A stretch of DNA of 64,000 bases. Origin: an uncultured Planctomycetia bacterium. Lineage in GTDB: Bacteria > Omnitrophota > Gorgyraeia > Duberdicusellales > 4484-171. The notes under the pieces were generated by a model. That model did not search any database. It saw only the letters and a list, made by a program, of their open reading frames with translations, and was not told the origin of the DNA. Shown here one piece after another: positions 21,101-32,614 of the stretch. Position numbers and translations under genes: made by a program. The stretch spans positions 4,277-68,276 of the forward strand of contig CAYVYJ010000007.1 in assembly GCA_964455085.1 (NCBI GenBank). Reading direction: 5' to 3'. Every line of letters starts with the position of its first letter. The stretch's first letter is position 1.

Positions 21101-21938
21101 TTAAAATAATATTGTCGATTAAACGCACTTTTTTAATATACACTGCTAAAGCAATTAATACTTTACCCCTTATTGTAGTAAGCCGCTTGAGGTTATCGGC
21201 ATCTACTAGCTCAATATAATCTATTTTAGCTAACTTTTTATATTTGACAACCTGTTTCATTTGGCCAATTATTTTTTGGCTATTCCTACAACCTCCGCGG
21301 ATGAGCTTCCTTGCTAAAGATAAAGCTTCATAAAGACAGCGGCTATCATCTCGGGCGGAACTATTTAGATAGGCATTCCGCGAACTCATAGCCAAACCAT
21401 CCTCTTCCCTTACTGTCGGAGAAACCCTTAATTTAACCGGAAAGTTAAGATCATCGATTAATCGCTTTACAATCCGAGTTTGCTGATAATCCTTTTGACC
21501 AAAATAAACAATATCCGGCTCAATAATATTAAATAATTTGGCAAGAATAGTAACAACACCCCGGAAATGTCTGGGACGCGACCTTCCGCATAATAGCTTA
21601 CTTAAACTGCCCTCGTCAACATAAACCGAGACCCCTGGAAGATAAATATTGTTCACATTTGGCGAAAATAATAAATCTACTCCTTCTTTCTCAAGGAGCT
21701 TTTTATCGTGAGCGAGGTTTCGCGGGTAGCGACGGTAGTCTTCTTTTGGCCCAAATTGAGTAGGATTTACAAAAATACTTACCACCAAGAAATCACACTC
21801 TTGCCTGGCTCTCTTAACTAAAGAAAGATGGCCTTTATGCAAGGCTCCCATAGTGGGGACAAGACCTATTAGCTCACCCTTCTTTTTATGTCTTCGAGAT
21901 GTTTCCCTTACTCCTTTAATGCTTCCCATAGTAATCAT
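21087..21938 (-). CDS. panC: Pantoate--beta-alanine ligase
   Basis: It has the PTMGALHKGHLSLV HIGH-like motif and VSIFVNPTQF. Confidence 0.92.
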   Translation of the reverse strand: MITMGSIKGVRETSRRHKKKGELIGLVPTMGALHKGHLSLVKRARQECDFLVVSIFVNPTQFGPKEDYRRYPRNLAHDKKLLEKEGVDLLFSPNVNNIYLPGVSVYVDEGSLSKLLCGRSRPRHFRGVVTILAKLFNIIEPDIVYFGQKDYQQTRIVKRLIDDLNFPVKLRVSPTVREEDGLAMSSRNAYLNSSARDDSRCLYEALSLARKLIRGGCRNSQKIIGQMKQVVKYKKLAKIDYIELVDADNLKRLTTIRGKVLIALAVYIKKVRLIDNIILNVKA

Positions 21939-22387
21939 CTACAATCACACTTACTTCGTAACTCCTCTATTGTTTTAATAAGCTTAGGTTCGATTTCTAA
22001 AAGCGGTCCAATTACAAAGGTCCGTTCCAGCATCCGGGGATGAGGAACTTTAAGATCAGGCTCGTCTATTTCTTCCTCCCCGTAGAGAAGGATGTCTAAA
22101 TCAATTGTTCGAGGCGCATTTTTAAATGGGCGCTTTCTTCCCAAGCGCCCTTCAATAACTTGTAATTGCTGCAATAACTCCCGGGCTCCTAAATTAGTTT
22201 TTATCTTCAAGACTGCGTTTAAATACTTCCCCTTCTGACCCGGAGCATCGTAAGGTTCAGTCTCAATTATCGATGACACTTTCTCAACCCTAATCTCCGG
22301 CGCATTCTCTAAATTATCAATCGCTTGGTTAATATAGTCAATTCTGTCGCCAAGATTAGAACCAGCGCCTATAAAGACAGTTACCAT
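21935..22387 (-). CDS. folK: 2-amino-4-hydroxy-6-hydroxymethyldihydropteridine pyrophosphokinase
   Basis: The 150-aa ORF has an HPPK pattern (IGAGSNLGDR...RTIDLDILLYG...PHPRM). Confidence 0.9.
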   Translation of the reverse strand: MVTVFIGAGSNLGDRIDYINQAIDNLENAPEIRVEKVSSIIETEPYDAPGQKGKYLNAVLKIKTNLGARELLQQLQVIEGRLGRKRPFKNAPRTIDLDILLYGEEEIDEPDLKVPHPRMLERTFVIGPLLEIEPKLIKTIEELRSKCDCR

Positions 22388-22392
22388 ATTTA

Positions 22393-23997
22393 CTATTGGG
22401 AAAATTTATTGGTAATCGGCATACGTCTATCTTTACCAAAGGCTCGGGGGGTGATCTTTATGCCTATTGGTGCCTGACGCCGTTTATACTCATTAAAGTC
22501 AACCATCTTGATTACTTTCGCAACTAAACTCTTCTTAAACCCCTTCTTAGCTATCTCATCTGCTGAATAATCTTCTTCCACGTATAGTTTTAAAATCGGG
22601 TCAAGCAGGCTATAGGCTGGAAGACTATCAGTATCCTTCTGATTAGGCCTCAGTTCTGCTGAGGGAGCTCTTTTTATCACTGAACCAGGAATGATTTGTT
22701 GGGAATTAATCTTATTTATATACCTGGCTATTCTGTATACCAACATTTTATATACATCGCTTAAGATCCCAAATCCACCAACCATATCGCCGTAAAGTGT
22801 ACAATAACCGCAAGAAACTTCACTCTTATTACCGGTATTAAGTACCAGATATCCGAATTTGTTGGAAAAAGCCATTAGAATATTTCCACGAATTCTAGCC
22901 TGAAGGTTTTCTTCTGCTTTATGCCTCTTGCCACTACCCAAATAAGGCTTAAGGTCTTTAAGATAAGTTTGTAGTGTCTTATCGATTCTTACTATCGAAT
23001 ATCTTATTCCCAGATTCTTACAAACCTGCTTTGCATCTTGGAGAGTACCTTTAGATGTATAAGCTGAAGGCATAATAAGGCCACATACATTCACTTTGCC
23101 TAAAGCTTCACAAGCCAAAGCAGCCACAACCGCAGAATCAATACCTCCGCTCACACCTACAACCACCTTTTTAAATCCATTCTTCTTAACATAATCATCA
23201 AGGCCCAGCCGTAATGCTGAAAATGCCTCTTCAGCCTCGTTAACAATAACCTTTTTAAGAGGATACTTTCTACTATTATTGAGATTGAAAATAAGTAAGT
23301 CTTCGGAAAATCTCTTGGCAAAGGCAATAAGTTTACCTGAAGGCGAAAAAACCTTGCTGGTTCCATCAAAGACTAGCGCATCCTGGCCTCCTATTAAATT
23401 ACAATAGAACACAAAACTTTTTATTTTCTTAGCAGCATGAGATAAAACCTTCTCTCTAATACTTACCTTACCCAAATGAAATGGCGAAGCAGAGATATTA
23501 ACCACGAAATCAGGAGATTTTTCCCTTAAAGAATTAATAAACTTCTCTTCCCAAATATCTTCACAAATGCTCACTGCGAAAGAAAAGCCTTTAATAGTAT
23601 ATACTGGTAATTTGTTACCCGAAGAAAAGTACCTCTTTTCGTCAAAGACCCCATAATTGGGCAGAATATTTTTCCGGTAAATGCTGTCTATCTTACTGTT
23701 ACGGATTAAAGCACAAGAATTGTATATGGCATCACCTTTCTTATCTACAAAACCAACCAAAACAGCTATGCCTTTGCACTCTTTCTTTATCGAACTTAAA
23801 ACCTGTATATTCTTAGCAATAAAATGGTTTTTTAGGAGTAAATCCTCAGGAGGATATCCCGGTAAGGCTAGTTCAGGAAAGACCACCAAGTCTGCGTCCT
23901 TTTTCTTTGCTTTTCTTATAAAAGCAATGATCTTCGCACAATTCTGCTTTAGGCCTCCAACAGTGGGATTAATTTGGGCTAAGGCAATCTTAATCAT
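22393..23997 (-). CDS. nadE: Glutamine-dependent NAD+ synthetase
   Basis: The 534-aa ORF has an N-terminal nitrilase/CN-hydrolase domain and a C-terminal NAD synthetase domain with the SGGIDSA P-loop. Confidence 0.92.
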   Translation of the reverse strand: MIKIALAQINPTVGGLKQNCAKIIAFIRKAKKKDADLVVFPELALPGYPPEDLLLKNHFIAKNIQVLSSIKKECKGIAVLVGFVDKKGDAIYNSCALIRNSKIDSIYRKNILPNYGVFDEKRYFSSGNKLPVYTIKGFSFAVSICEDIWEEKFINSLREKSPDFVVNISASPFHLGKVSIREKVLSHAAKKIKSFVFYCNLIGGQDALVFDGTSKVFSPSGKLIAFAKRFSEDLLIFNLNNSRKYPLKKVIVNEAEEAFSALRLGLDDYVKKNGFKKVVVGVSGGIDSAVVAALACEALGKVNVCGLIMPSAYTSKGTLQDAKQVCKNLGIRYSIVRIDKTLQTYLKDLKPYLGSGKRHKAEENLQARIRGNILMAFSNKFGYLVLNTGNKSEVSCGYCTLYGDMVGGFGILSDVYKMLVYRIARYINKINSQQIIPGSVIKRAPSAELRPNQKDTDSLPAYSLLDPILKLYVEEDYSADEIAKKGFKKSLVAKVIKMVDFNEYKRRQAPIGIKITPRAFGKDRRMPITNKFSQ

Positions 23998-24029
23998 AAC
24001 GTTTTATTATACCCCTTTTTCCTGAGTAA

Positions 24030-24782
24030 TCAAGTGAGTCTTCTTCTCCAGCGGAAAAAGAAGAAAATGCTAATAATTATTACGCCTAATGCCATAAACT
24101 GCGAAGTAGAAAGGGAAAAAATCTCACCGCGGGGATCTGCCCGGTAAAACTCAATAATAAACCTAAAAATCCCATAACCAATACAGTAGGAGAGTAAAAT
24201 CTGACCCCTGAACCGCTGCTTCTTCCCTAAGAATAAGAGTAGCCAAAATATAAAAAACAGGAAAGTTGCGGAAATCAACTGGGTAGGAATAACTGGCATT
24301 CCAAATAAACCAGCCGGAGCCTCTGGCGGGAATAGGACTCCTAAGCCGGAAGTTGTCACTGCGCCATAGCAACACCCGTAATAAAAGCAACCGATTCGAC
24401 CTAAAGCATGCCCTAAAGGGATACCCAGGGCTGCAATATCTGCAGACTTTAAAAAACTTATCTTATACTTTTTGGTTAAAATGAAAACAGTCAAAATTCC
24501 CGAAATAAGCCCTCCGTAGAAGACAAAACCGCTACGGCTGAAAATAACTCCCAGAGGGTTATTTAAAAACCGCCTCCACTCGACCAGGATATAGAAGGCT
24601 CTTGCTCCTAAAAAACCAAAGATTAATGCCCAGAAAAAAATATTTGAAAAAATCTTTTCAGGAACACCTTCTTCCTTCGCCGCCCGCCTGCAGACAAAAT
24701 ATCCAGCGGCCACACCTAAGAATATAAAAACCCCGTAGGTATAAATAGTGATGGGACCTAATTTAAACAATATTGGATACAT
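24030..24782 (-). CDS. lgt: Prolipoprotein diacylglyceryl transferase
   Basis: It is a polytopic membrane protein with the Lgt signature GRIGCFYYGCCYG. The start was placed at the internal MYPILFKLGPI. Confidence 0.88.
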   Translation of the reverse strand: MYPILFKLGPITIYTYGVFIFLGVAAGYFVCRRAAKEEGVPEKIFSNIFFWALIFGFLGARAFYILVEWRRFLNNPLGVIFSRSGFVFYGGLISGILTVFILTKKYKISFLKSADIAALGIPLGHALGRIGCFYYGCCYGAVTTSGLGVLFPPEAPAGLFGMPVIPTQLISATFLFFIFWLLLFLGKKQRFRGQILLSYCIGYGIFRFIIEFYRADPRGEIFSLSTSQFMALGVIIISIFFFFRWRRRLT

Positions 24783-25692
24783 TATAAAAGGCTCCTTGGG
24801 AACTCTGGCGTCTTTTAAACTCTGCCTCAATTATTCGTATTACCCGCTCTTTATCATTGACCCAAGCCGGAGTAATCAAAAACTTAGGATCAGCCTCGGA
24901 TACTAACCGTAATATGACGTAATTTTCGGGTAACTGCTCTAAAAAACTAACCAGAATGTCAGTATACTCATCGATGGATAAAAGTTTTACTTTGTATCGC
25001 TTATGCATATCGGCCAGCGTCGTATCCTTAACTATATGTAAAGCATGAAATTTTATTCCCCAGAGCGGCATATTAGCCAAAACCTTAGCAGTATTAAGCG
25101 CATCTTCCTTGTTTTCACCGGGCAGGCCTAAAATAACATGCACGCCTATGTTTATATTGGGACGCCTGGCAGTTAACTCTACTGCTTTTTGAAAACTGCT
25201 AAAAGTATGCTTGCGATTGATAAGTTTTAAGGTTTTATCATGAATGGTCTGCAAACCATACTCAATATAAACCTTATAGTCATTACTAAACTCTTCAATC
25301 AAGTCAAGCTTCTCTTGATCAATACAATCCGGCCGGGTAGATATGGCGATTCCCACAAAATCATCAAACTTTCTAATCAGATTATATTGCTTTCGTAAAA
25401 AATCAATATCTCCATAGGTGTTAGAAAAACTCTGAAAATAAGCAATATATTTTTTAGCTTTGAAACGTTGTCGGGCCCTTGCTTTCCCTTGAATAATTTG
25501 TTCTTCCAGGCTTAAAGGGGGTAGGCGCCGGAAGCGGCTGAAAGCCCGGTTATTACAAAATATACAGCCTTGGGAGTCTAAGGTTCCGTCTAAGTTTGGG
25601 CAGTTAAATCCGGCATCGAGACTTATCCGGTGAACTCTCTGGCCAAATTCTTCTCTTAGGTAACGGTTAAAAGTGTAAATATACTTATCCAT
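24763..25692 (-). CDS. TIGR01212-family radical SAM protein
   Basis: The 309-aa ORF has an N-terminal CPNLDG...C..C radical SAM cysteine cluster and a TIM-barrel-like body. Confidence 0.7.
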   Translation of the reverse strand: MDKYIYTFNRYLREEFGQRVHRISLDAGFNCPNLDGTLDSQGCIFCNNRAFSRFRRLPPLSLEEQIIQGKARARQRFKAKKYIAYFQSFSNTYGDIDFLRKQYNLIRKFDDFVGIAISTRPDCIDQEKLDLIEEFSNDYKVYIEYGLQTIHDKTLKLINRKHTFSSFQKAVELTARRPNINIGVHVILGLPGENKEDALNTAKVLANMPLWGIKFHALHIVKDTTLADMHKRYKVKLLSIDEYTDILVSFLEQLPENYVILRLVSEADPKFLITPAWVNDKERVIRIIEAEFKRRQSSQGAFYNVSNIV

Positions 25693-26236
25693 CTTTAGAA
25701 TTCCCTAAACTATACCGACAACCACAATAATCCTGGCGGTAAAGATTTAGATTCTTCGCAGCGATAATGCTTTTTTTAAAACCATCTTGCTTTTTAAAAT
25801 CAAAAGCTAAAAATTTGTCCCGGCCGATATTCCGGCCAATTTCGATAATCGCCAAAGAAGACTTATGCGGGCTAATGCTTAAGGAGGTAGTAAAATAATC
25901 ATATCCTTCCTTGAGCATGATTTGAAAAGTCTGCTCCATTCTTAACTTATAGCATAACCGACAACGTTTTTGACCTTCTTTATCCTGACTATGTCCGGCT
26001 ATGGCCTTCTGCCAATCACTAGGTTTATAATCGCCTTCAGTCATTCCCACAGATAAAGTCTTTGCCACAACCTCTGCGGCTTGTTTACGCCTCTGGTATT
26101 CAGCTTGCGGCTGAATATTAGGGTTGAAAAAGAAAGCGGCAGGAGAAAACCCTTCTTCCTTCAATCTTTCGATACAGGCATAAGCACAAACACCGCAACA
26201 AATATGAACCAGGATCTTCTTAAGCATAAATATCAA
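25685..26236 (-). CDS. queH: Epoxyqueuosine reductase QueH (DUF208)
   Basis: The 183-aa ORF has the pattern HICCGVCAYAC...CRLCY...DYCGCRYS. Confidence 0.8.
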   Translation of the reverse strand: MIFMLKKILVHICCGVCAYACIERLKEEGFSPAAFFFNPNIQPQAEYQRRKQAAEVVAKTLSVGMTEGDYKPSDWQKAIAGHSQDKEGQKRCRLCYKLRMEQTFQIMLKEGYDYFTTSLSISPHKSSLAIIEIGRNIGRDKFLAFDFKKQDGFKKSIIAAKNLNLYRQDYCGCRYSLGNSKDG

Positions 26237-26239
26237 GAG

Positions 26240-27022
26240 TTATAGTTCAAAGTAGTCTTTCATGGTAACAAACTTTACCTGTTCTTGAAGAAGAGGTAGT
26301 TGTCTTTTTAGAAATTTCAGGGTGTTCTTCTTGGGGTGAACAATAATAATTATCTTTCCTTTGTTCTTAGCTAAAGCAACTAACTCTTTCATTCTTTCTT
26401 CCATTACGCTGATATTATCTACGGCATCAAGGAATCCCTGATTGTAGCCACAAATTAAATCTAGTTTTCGGGCTTCTTCGTAGGCAATAGACTGAAGCGA
26501 AGTCCGGCTATCAACAAAAATTAGCCCTCTTTTCCGCACCTCCACCAGAATCGTTTTCATTAGTCGCCGGTCTTCGGTGGCCCGCGAACCCATATGATTA
26601 TTAACCCCGATGGCTATCCGTATCGAGTTAAGATATTGTCTCAAAAGAGATGTTATCTCGCGCTTGCTTAAATCTCTGGTAATAAATCTATACTTGTCTG
26701 TTCTATAGCTCTCTTCACCAGCTGGCTCAAGGGGAAGATGGATAAATACTGAAAAACCGCAGCGTGACCCGATATGGGCGATATTTTTTGAAAACTTTAA
26801 ATTAGGAATTACAGAAACTGTCAGAGGGATATTTAAAGAATAGATTTCCTTTAAATCACTTAAGCTTTCACCTAAATCATCGAATATCAAAGCAATCTTC
26901 GGCAATTGACTATTCCGACCCTTAATAAGGTTAAAATTACTATTCTTGTTTAGGGCGTTATAAAAAATTATCGGAGTAATGATTAGGAGGATGAGCAGAG
27001 CTATTCGTAAACTTTTAGCCAT
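26240..27022 (-). CDS. Divergent polysaccharide deacetylase family protein (YibQ-like)
   Basis: The 260-aa ORF has an N-terminal TM helix and the IALIFDDLG / HLPLEP / NNHMGS motifs. Confidence 0.7.
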   Translation of the reverse strand: MAKSLRIALLILLIITPIIFYNALNKNSNFNLIKGRNSQLPKIALIFDDLGESLSDLKEIYSLNIPLTVSVIPNLKFSKNIAHIGSRCGFSVFIHLPLEPAGEESYRTDKYRFITRDLSKREITSLLRQYLNSIRIAIGVNNHMGSRATEDRRLMKTILVEVRKRGLIFVDSRTSLQSIAYEEARKLDLICGYNQGFLDAVDNISVMEERMKELVALAKNKGKIIIIVHPKKNTLKFLKRQLPLLQEQVKFVTMKDYFEL

Positions 27023-27644
27023 TGAACAATTTCATAAATTCAACATAACTTTTAGCAGGATTCGCACTCTTCAAAATCGCACTCCCCACACATATATAAT
27101 CAACTCCCGAGCGCTTTATCTCAACCAGATTATCGCTTTTTATACCGCCATCAACTCCGACTTGCATCCGAGGATAGCAATCTTTAAAATTTCTTATCTT
27201 CTCTGTGACTCGGGGAATAAATGCTGCTCCGTAAAAACCCGGATCAACCGATAAAAAAAGAATTGTGTCCACCTCACTGACCAGAGACTGAAATTCATCA
27301 ACCGCAGTAGAGGGATTTATCGCCAGCCCTACTCTTAAATCCAGTGCTTTAATTTTAGCAATGGTCTCCTGATGTTGGTCTACAGCTTCGAAGTGATAGA
27401 TTATTTTCTCAACACCCAAAGCTTTAAATGCCGGGAGCCAAGCACAAGGATCAGAGACCATAAGATGGGCTTCACCTCGAAGCGGAAGTTTCCAACCTTT
27501 TAGATCTGAGAGCTTAACGCTTTGAGAAGGAACAAATTCACCATCCATAATATCTATTTGCAGATAATCAGTAAAGGTTGCACAGAGATCAACCATTCGG
27601 ATGAGTTCATCTTTTTTGTCAGTAAGTAACGCTGGCACAATCAT
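27015..27644 (-). CDS. rpe: Ribulose-phosphate 3-epimerase family protein
   Basis: The 209-aa ORF has a TIM-barrel pattern (IDIMDGEFVP ... HLMV ... GVDGGI). Confidence 0.75.
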   Translation of the reverse strand: MIVPALLTDKKDELIRMVDLCATFTDYLQIDIMDGEFVPSQSVKLSDLKGWKLPLRGEAHLMVSDPCAWLPAFKALGVEKIIYHFEAVDQHQETIAKIKALDLRVGLAINPSTAVDEFQSLVSEVDTILFLSVDPGFYGAAFIPRVTEKIRNFKDCYPRMQVGVDGGIKSDNLVEIKRSGVDYICVGSAILKSANPAKSYVEFMKLFNG

Positions 27645-27919
27645 CTTTTAATAAGTTTTTTGTAAACACAGAGGTAATCTTTCTTCCAACGGGTATGAAA
27701 TATCTCTTTTACCGGAACACACTTAAATTCCTCATTCTTAATGCTCTTTCGTCTACCAAATCTCCCGGTGTAAATCTTGCAATAAAACTTACCCCGCCTA
27801 TCCTTGACTAGATGTAAGCAAGGATCATCATAGGCACCGCAGCATCCGCCGCAGCGCCCACATAAACTCTCCCATTCTTTGGCTTTTTTTTCTAAATACT
27901 TGTAATAGTCTTTGGGCAC
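27641..27919 (-). CDS. YkgJ-family cysteine-cluster protein
   Basis: The 92-aa ORF has the CGRCGGCCGAY...C cluster. Confidence 0.6.
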   Translation of the reverse strand: MPKDYYKYLEKKAKEWESLCGRCGGCCGAYDDPCLHLVKDRRGKFYCKIYTGRFGRRKSIKNEEFKCVPVKEIFHTRWKKDYLCVYKKLIKR

Positions 27920-27962
27920 GGTTTAATTAAGACTAAATTTTTTATTCTTAGCAAAATCACAA

Positions 27963-30074
27963 TTATTTAAATAAGCTGAAAGTAATAACTATGCCGCTAA
28001 AGACTATCGAGACCATAGACATTAGTTTAATTAATATATTTAAAGAAGGACCGGCAGTATCTTTAAAAGGATCGCCCACAGTATCACCGCTAACTGCTGC
28101 TTTGTGTGAAGGTGAGCCTTTTCCGTCTAAATTCCCTTCTTCAATATACTTCTTGGCATTATCCCAGGCACCTCCGGAATTTGCCATCATTATTGCCAGA
28201 ACAAATCCTGAAGATAAAGCACCAACCAAAAGGCCAATTTCACCTTTTACCCCCAATAATAAACCAATAATAATCGGAGTAATAATCGCTAAAAGCGAAG
28301 GAAGAACCATCTCCTGCTGAGCAGCCCTGGTAGTCAAAGCAACACATCTTGAATAATCAGCTTTTTCTTTACCGTCTAATAAACCTTTTATTTGGTGAAA
28401 CTGTCGGCGGACCTCTTCAATAATTGCCCCGGCAGTTCTACCTACTGCCTTTAAAGATAAGGAACAGAAAACAAAAGGCATCATTGCACCAATAAATATA
28501 CCAACAAGAACATTGGGGTTAAGCAAACTTAAATCCATATTTACTACCTTACCTAACCGCACTGCTTCGTGTAGGATATGATCCTTGTAGGCAACTATTA
28601 AGGCCAGGGCCGTTAAAGCAGCTGAACCAATAGCAAAACCTTTGCCAGTAGCAGCTGTGGTGTTACCTAAAGAATCCAACTGATCAGTTCTTTTTCTTAC
28701 CTCCGGCGCCAATTCAGCCATTTCCGCTATTCCACCGGCATTATCAGCAATCGGTCCATAAGCATCAGTGGCTAAGGTTATCCCCAGGGTAGAAAGCATC
28801 CCTACAGCTGATATGCCTACTCCGTAAAGTCCCATGCCAAAATTGGTAAATCCTCCATTTACCGCAAAGCTGGCTAAAATCGCACCACCAACTGTAAGCA
28901 CTGCTCCCACCGGAGAAAGCATGCCCAGAGCGATTCCTTCAATAATCAGCGTTGCCGGGCCAGTTTTAGCAGTCTTAGCCAAAGTTTTAGTTGGTTTATA
29001 CCCGGCCGAGGTAAAGAATTCTGTAAACTGACCGATTAACACTCCGGCAATCAGTCCAATTACCACCGACCAAAAGACGCCTAGATATTCTCTACCCAAA
29101 ACAGACCAAACAACCAAGAAAGAAAAAACAATAACTAACCCTGAGGCTGTCCAAACCCCTTTTCGTAGGGCCTTAAGCAGTCCTTTCTGGTTAGACCCTT
29201 CCTTAGTTTGAACAAAGAAATAACCAATTAGCGAGGCAATAACCCCGCAGACTGCCATAAGCATAGGAGTAATGACTCCTTTTAGTCCTAACCCGGCAGC
29301 AGCAGCTAAGGCCATTGTGGCAACTATAGAATCAACATAAGACTCATATAAATCCGCGCCCATACCTGCAACATCACCAACATTATCTCCCACTTGATCA
29401 GCAATAACCGCCGGGTTCCTAGGATCATCTTCGGGGATTCCAGCCTCAACTTTACCGACTAAATCTGCCCCGACATCAGCAGCTTTAGTATATATTCCTC
29501 CCCCTAAACGGGCAAAAAGAGCGTAACTGGATGCTCCCATGCCGAAACAAAGCATGGTAGAAGTTATGGCAGTCAGCAAATTACTACCAGCTGGCAGAGG
29601 ATTGCTAGAGTAATACCACTTTAGAATAACAAACCAAGTTGCCATCTCTAAAAGCCCCAACCCTACTACCATAAGGCCCATAACTGTTCCCCCGCTAAAA
29701 GCGACTCTCAATCCTTTATTTAAACTCTGCCCAGCAGCAAAGGCAGTACGAGCATTTGACTTTGTGGCCACATACATACCTAGCCAGCCGCAAAAGCCAG
29801 AAAAAAGGCCTCCGGTAAGAAAAGCAAAGGGAACAAATATAACCAAAAATCCCTTTACAGCCATGGTTAAAAGAATGCAAAAAACAATTAAAAAGAAGAT
29901 CGAAACAACTTTATACTGCTGCTTAAGATATCCCCTTGCTCCTTCAAAAACATAACGGGATATTAGCTGCATCTTATCCGTACCTTGAGGCTGCCTGAGT
30001 ATCCAACCGATTAGATATCCACAAAAACTTAAAGCCAGTAACGAACCGGCAAAAACAAATATAACTGGATCCAT
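27963..30074 (-). CDS. hppA: Membrane-bound H+/Na+-translocating pyrophosphatase
   Basis: The 703-aa polytopic ORF has the [14 protein letters not shown] and DNAGG motifs. Confidence 0.95.
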   Translation of the reverse strand: MDPVIFVFAGSLLALSFCGYLIGWILRQPQGTDKMQLISRYVFEGARGYLKQQYKVVSIFFLIVFCILLTMAVKGFLVIFVPFAFLTGGLFSGFCGWLGMYVATKSNARTAFAAGQSLNKGLRVAFSGGTVMGLMVVGLGLLEMATWFVILKWYYSSNPLPAGSNLLTAITSTMLCFGMGASSYALFARLGGGIYTKAADVGADLVGKVEAGIPEDDPRNPAVIADQVGDNVGDVAGMGADLYESYVDSIVATMALAAAAGLGLKGVITPMLMAVCGVIASLIGYFFVQTKEGSNQKGLLKALRKGVWTASGLVIVFSFLVVWSVLGREYLGVFWSVVIGLIAGVLIGQFTEFFTSAGYKPTKTLAKTAKTGPATLIIEGIALGMLSPVGAVLTVGGAILASFAVNGGFTNFGMGLYGVGISAVGMLSTLGITLATDAYGPIADNAGGIAEMAELAPEVRKRTDQLDSLGNTTAATGKGFAIGSAALTALALIVAYKDHILHEAVRLGKVVNMDLSLLNPNVLVGIFIGAMMPFVFCSLSLKAVGRTAGAIIEEVRRQFHQIKGLLDGKEKADYSRCVALTTRAAQQEMVLPSLLAIITPIIIGLLLGVKGEIGLLVGALSSGFVLAIMMANSGGAWDNAKKYIEEGNLDGKGSPSHKAAVSGDTVGDPFKDTAGPSLNILIKLMSMVSIVFSGIVITFSLFK

Positions 30075-30088
30075 TAAACTACTCCTTT

Positions 30089-31348
<1,260 letters not shown>

Positions 31349-32578
31349 TTAGGCTTCCATAGCAAAAATCTTCTTAGCAATATCCGGATATTGAGCTACA
31401 AATCTTAGCTCATCTTCGACTAAAGGTTTTTGGTTATGAACATTAGCGTAACGCGCCAGCTCCAGTATTTTCCGGGCTTCTTTATCATCCTTAAACTTTA
31501 TTGCCAGACGGTCGTAAACATTGCGAAAACCTTTTATCCCCGAATACTCTCCCACGGTAATTTTTCTACCCGTATCGATAACTTCCGGTTCACCCCTTCC
31601 TAGCTCCTCATAATTGTATAATTCATAATTTCTTCTGTCCTTTAAGGCACCATCGGCATGAATCCCTGATTCATGGGCAAAAGCATTTGCCCCTACGCCA
31701 GGATGATTTATTGGTACATCTAGGCCGAAAGCATAAGCAGCATAGCGGCTTATCATCCAAGCTTTCTTCAAAGTTACCTTAGGATCAAGCTTATACTTCC
31801 CCATACCGCTACCATATTTAATAGCCAGAATAACACTAACTAAATCAGCATTGCCGGCTCGCTCACCCACACCATTCACACAAGTATTAATATAAGCATC
31901 AACACCGTTATCTACCACTGCCCTGGCTCCCGAAATTGAATTTCCCACTACCAACCCTAAATCATTGTGGCAATGAATTTCTGTGGCTATCTTTACCTGG
32001 CTCAAAATAGCCGCTAACCTCTCGTAAATCGAAAAGGGGGTATCAAAGCCCAAAGTATCACAATATCTGAACCGGTCAGCACCGGCCTCTTTAGCTGCCT
32101 GGGCAAATTCAACAAGATACTCTAGATTGGAACGAGAAGCATCCTCGGCATTAACTCCTATAGCCTTTGCGCCTAGTTTTTTTGCTATCTTTACCGCGCT
32201 TGCCATACTCTTAATAACTCCTTTATGATCAAGTTTGCCCTGAAATTTATGCTCAATCATCTGATCAGAGGTTGAAATCGAAAGATTTAGGTATTTAATC
32301 TCCGGGGTTTTAGTAAAAGCACTTTCCACATCTGATTTTATGGCTCGAATCCAACCAGAAAGCCGCAAATTTTTTATCACTTTCTTACGAACCAGCTCTA
32401 AATTAGCATTGAGATAGTTAGTTTCATGAGCAGTAGTGGGAAACCCAAACTCACTTTGGAATACTCCCATTTGATCAAGGTAGAGATTAATCATTGTTTT
32501 TTGCAACTTAGATAGACATATCCGTGATGTCTGTACTCCATCACGGTTAGTAACATCAATGAGATAAATTTTAGCCAT
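31349..32578 (-). CDS. HMGL-like DRE-TIM condensing enzyme (LeuA/NifV/CimA family; homocitrate/citramalate/isopropylmalate synthase-like)
   Basis: The 409-aa ORF has DVTNRDGVQ and a HCHNDLG metal-binding pattern. The exact substrate cannot be assigned by eye. Confidence 0.55.
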   Translation of the reverse strand: MAKIYLIDVTNRDGVQTSRICLSKLQKTMINLYLDQMGVFQSEFGFPTTAHETNYLNANLELVRKKVIKNLRLSGWIRAIKSDVESAFTKTPEIKYLNLSISTSDQMIEHKFQGKLDHKGVIKSMASAVKIAKKLGAKAIGVNAEDASRSNLEYLVEFAQAAKEAGADRFRYCDTLGFDTPFSIYERLAAILSQVKIATEIHCHNDLGLVVGNSISGARAVVDNGVDAYINTCVNGVGERAGNADLVSVILAIKYGSGMGKYKLDPKVTLKKAWMISRYAAYAFGLDVPINHPGVGANAFAHESGIHADGALKDRRNYELYNYEELGRGEPEVIDTGRKITVGEYSGIKGFRNVYDRLAIKFKDDKEARKILELARYANVHNQKPLVEDELRFVAQYPDIAKKIFAMEA

Positions 32579-32614
32579 TATTTTCCCCCTTGTTTGCCGA
32601 TAGGCAAACTTTTT

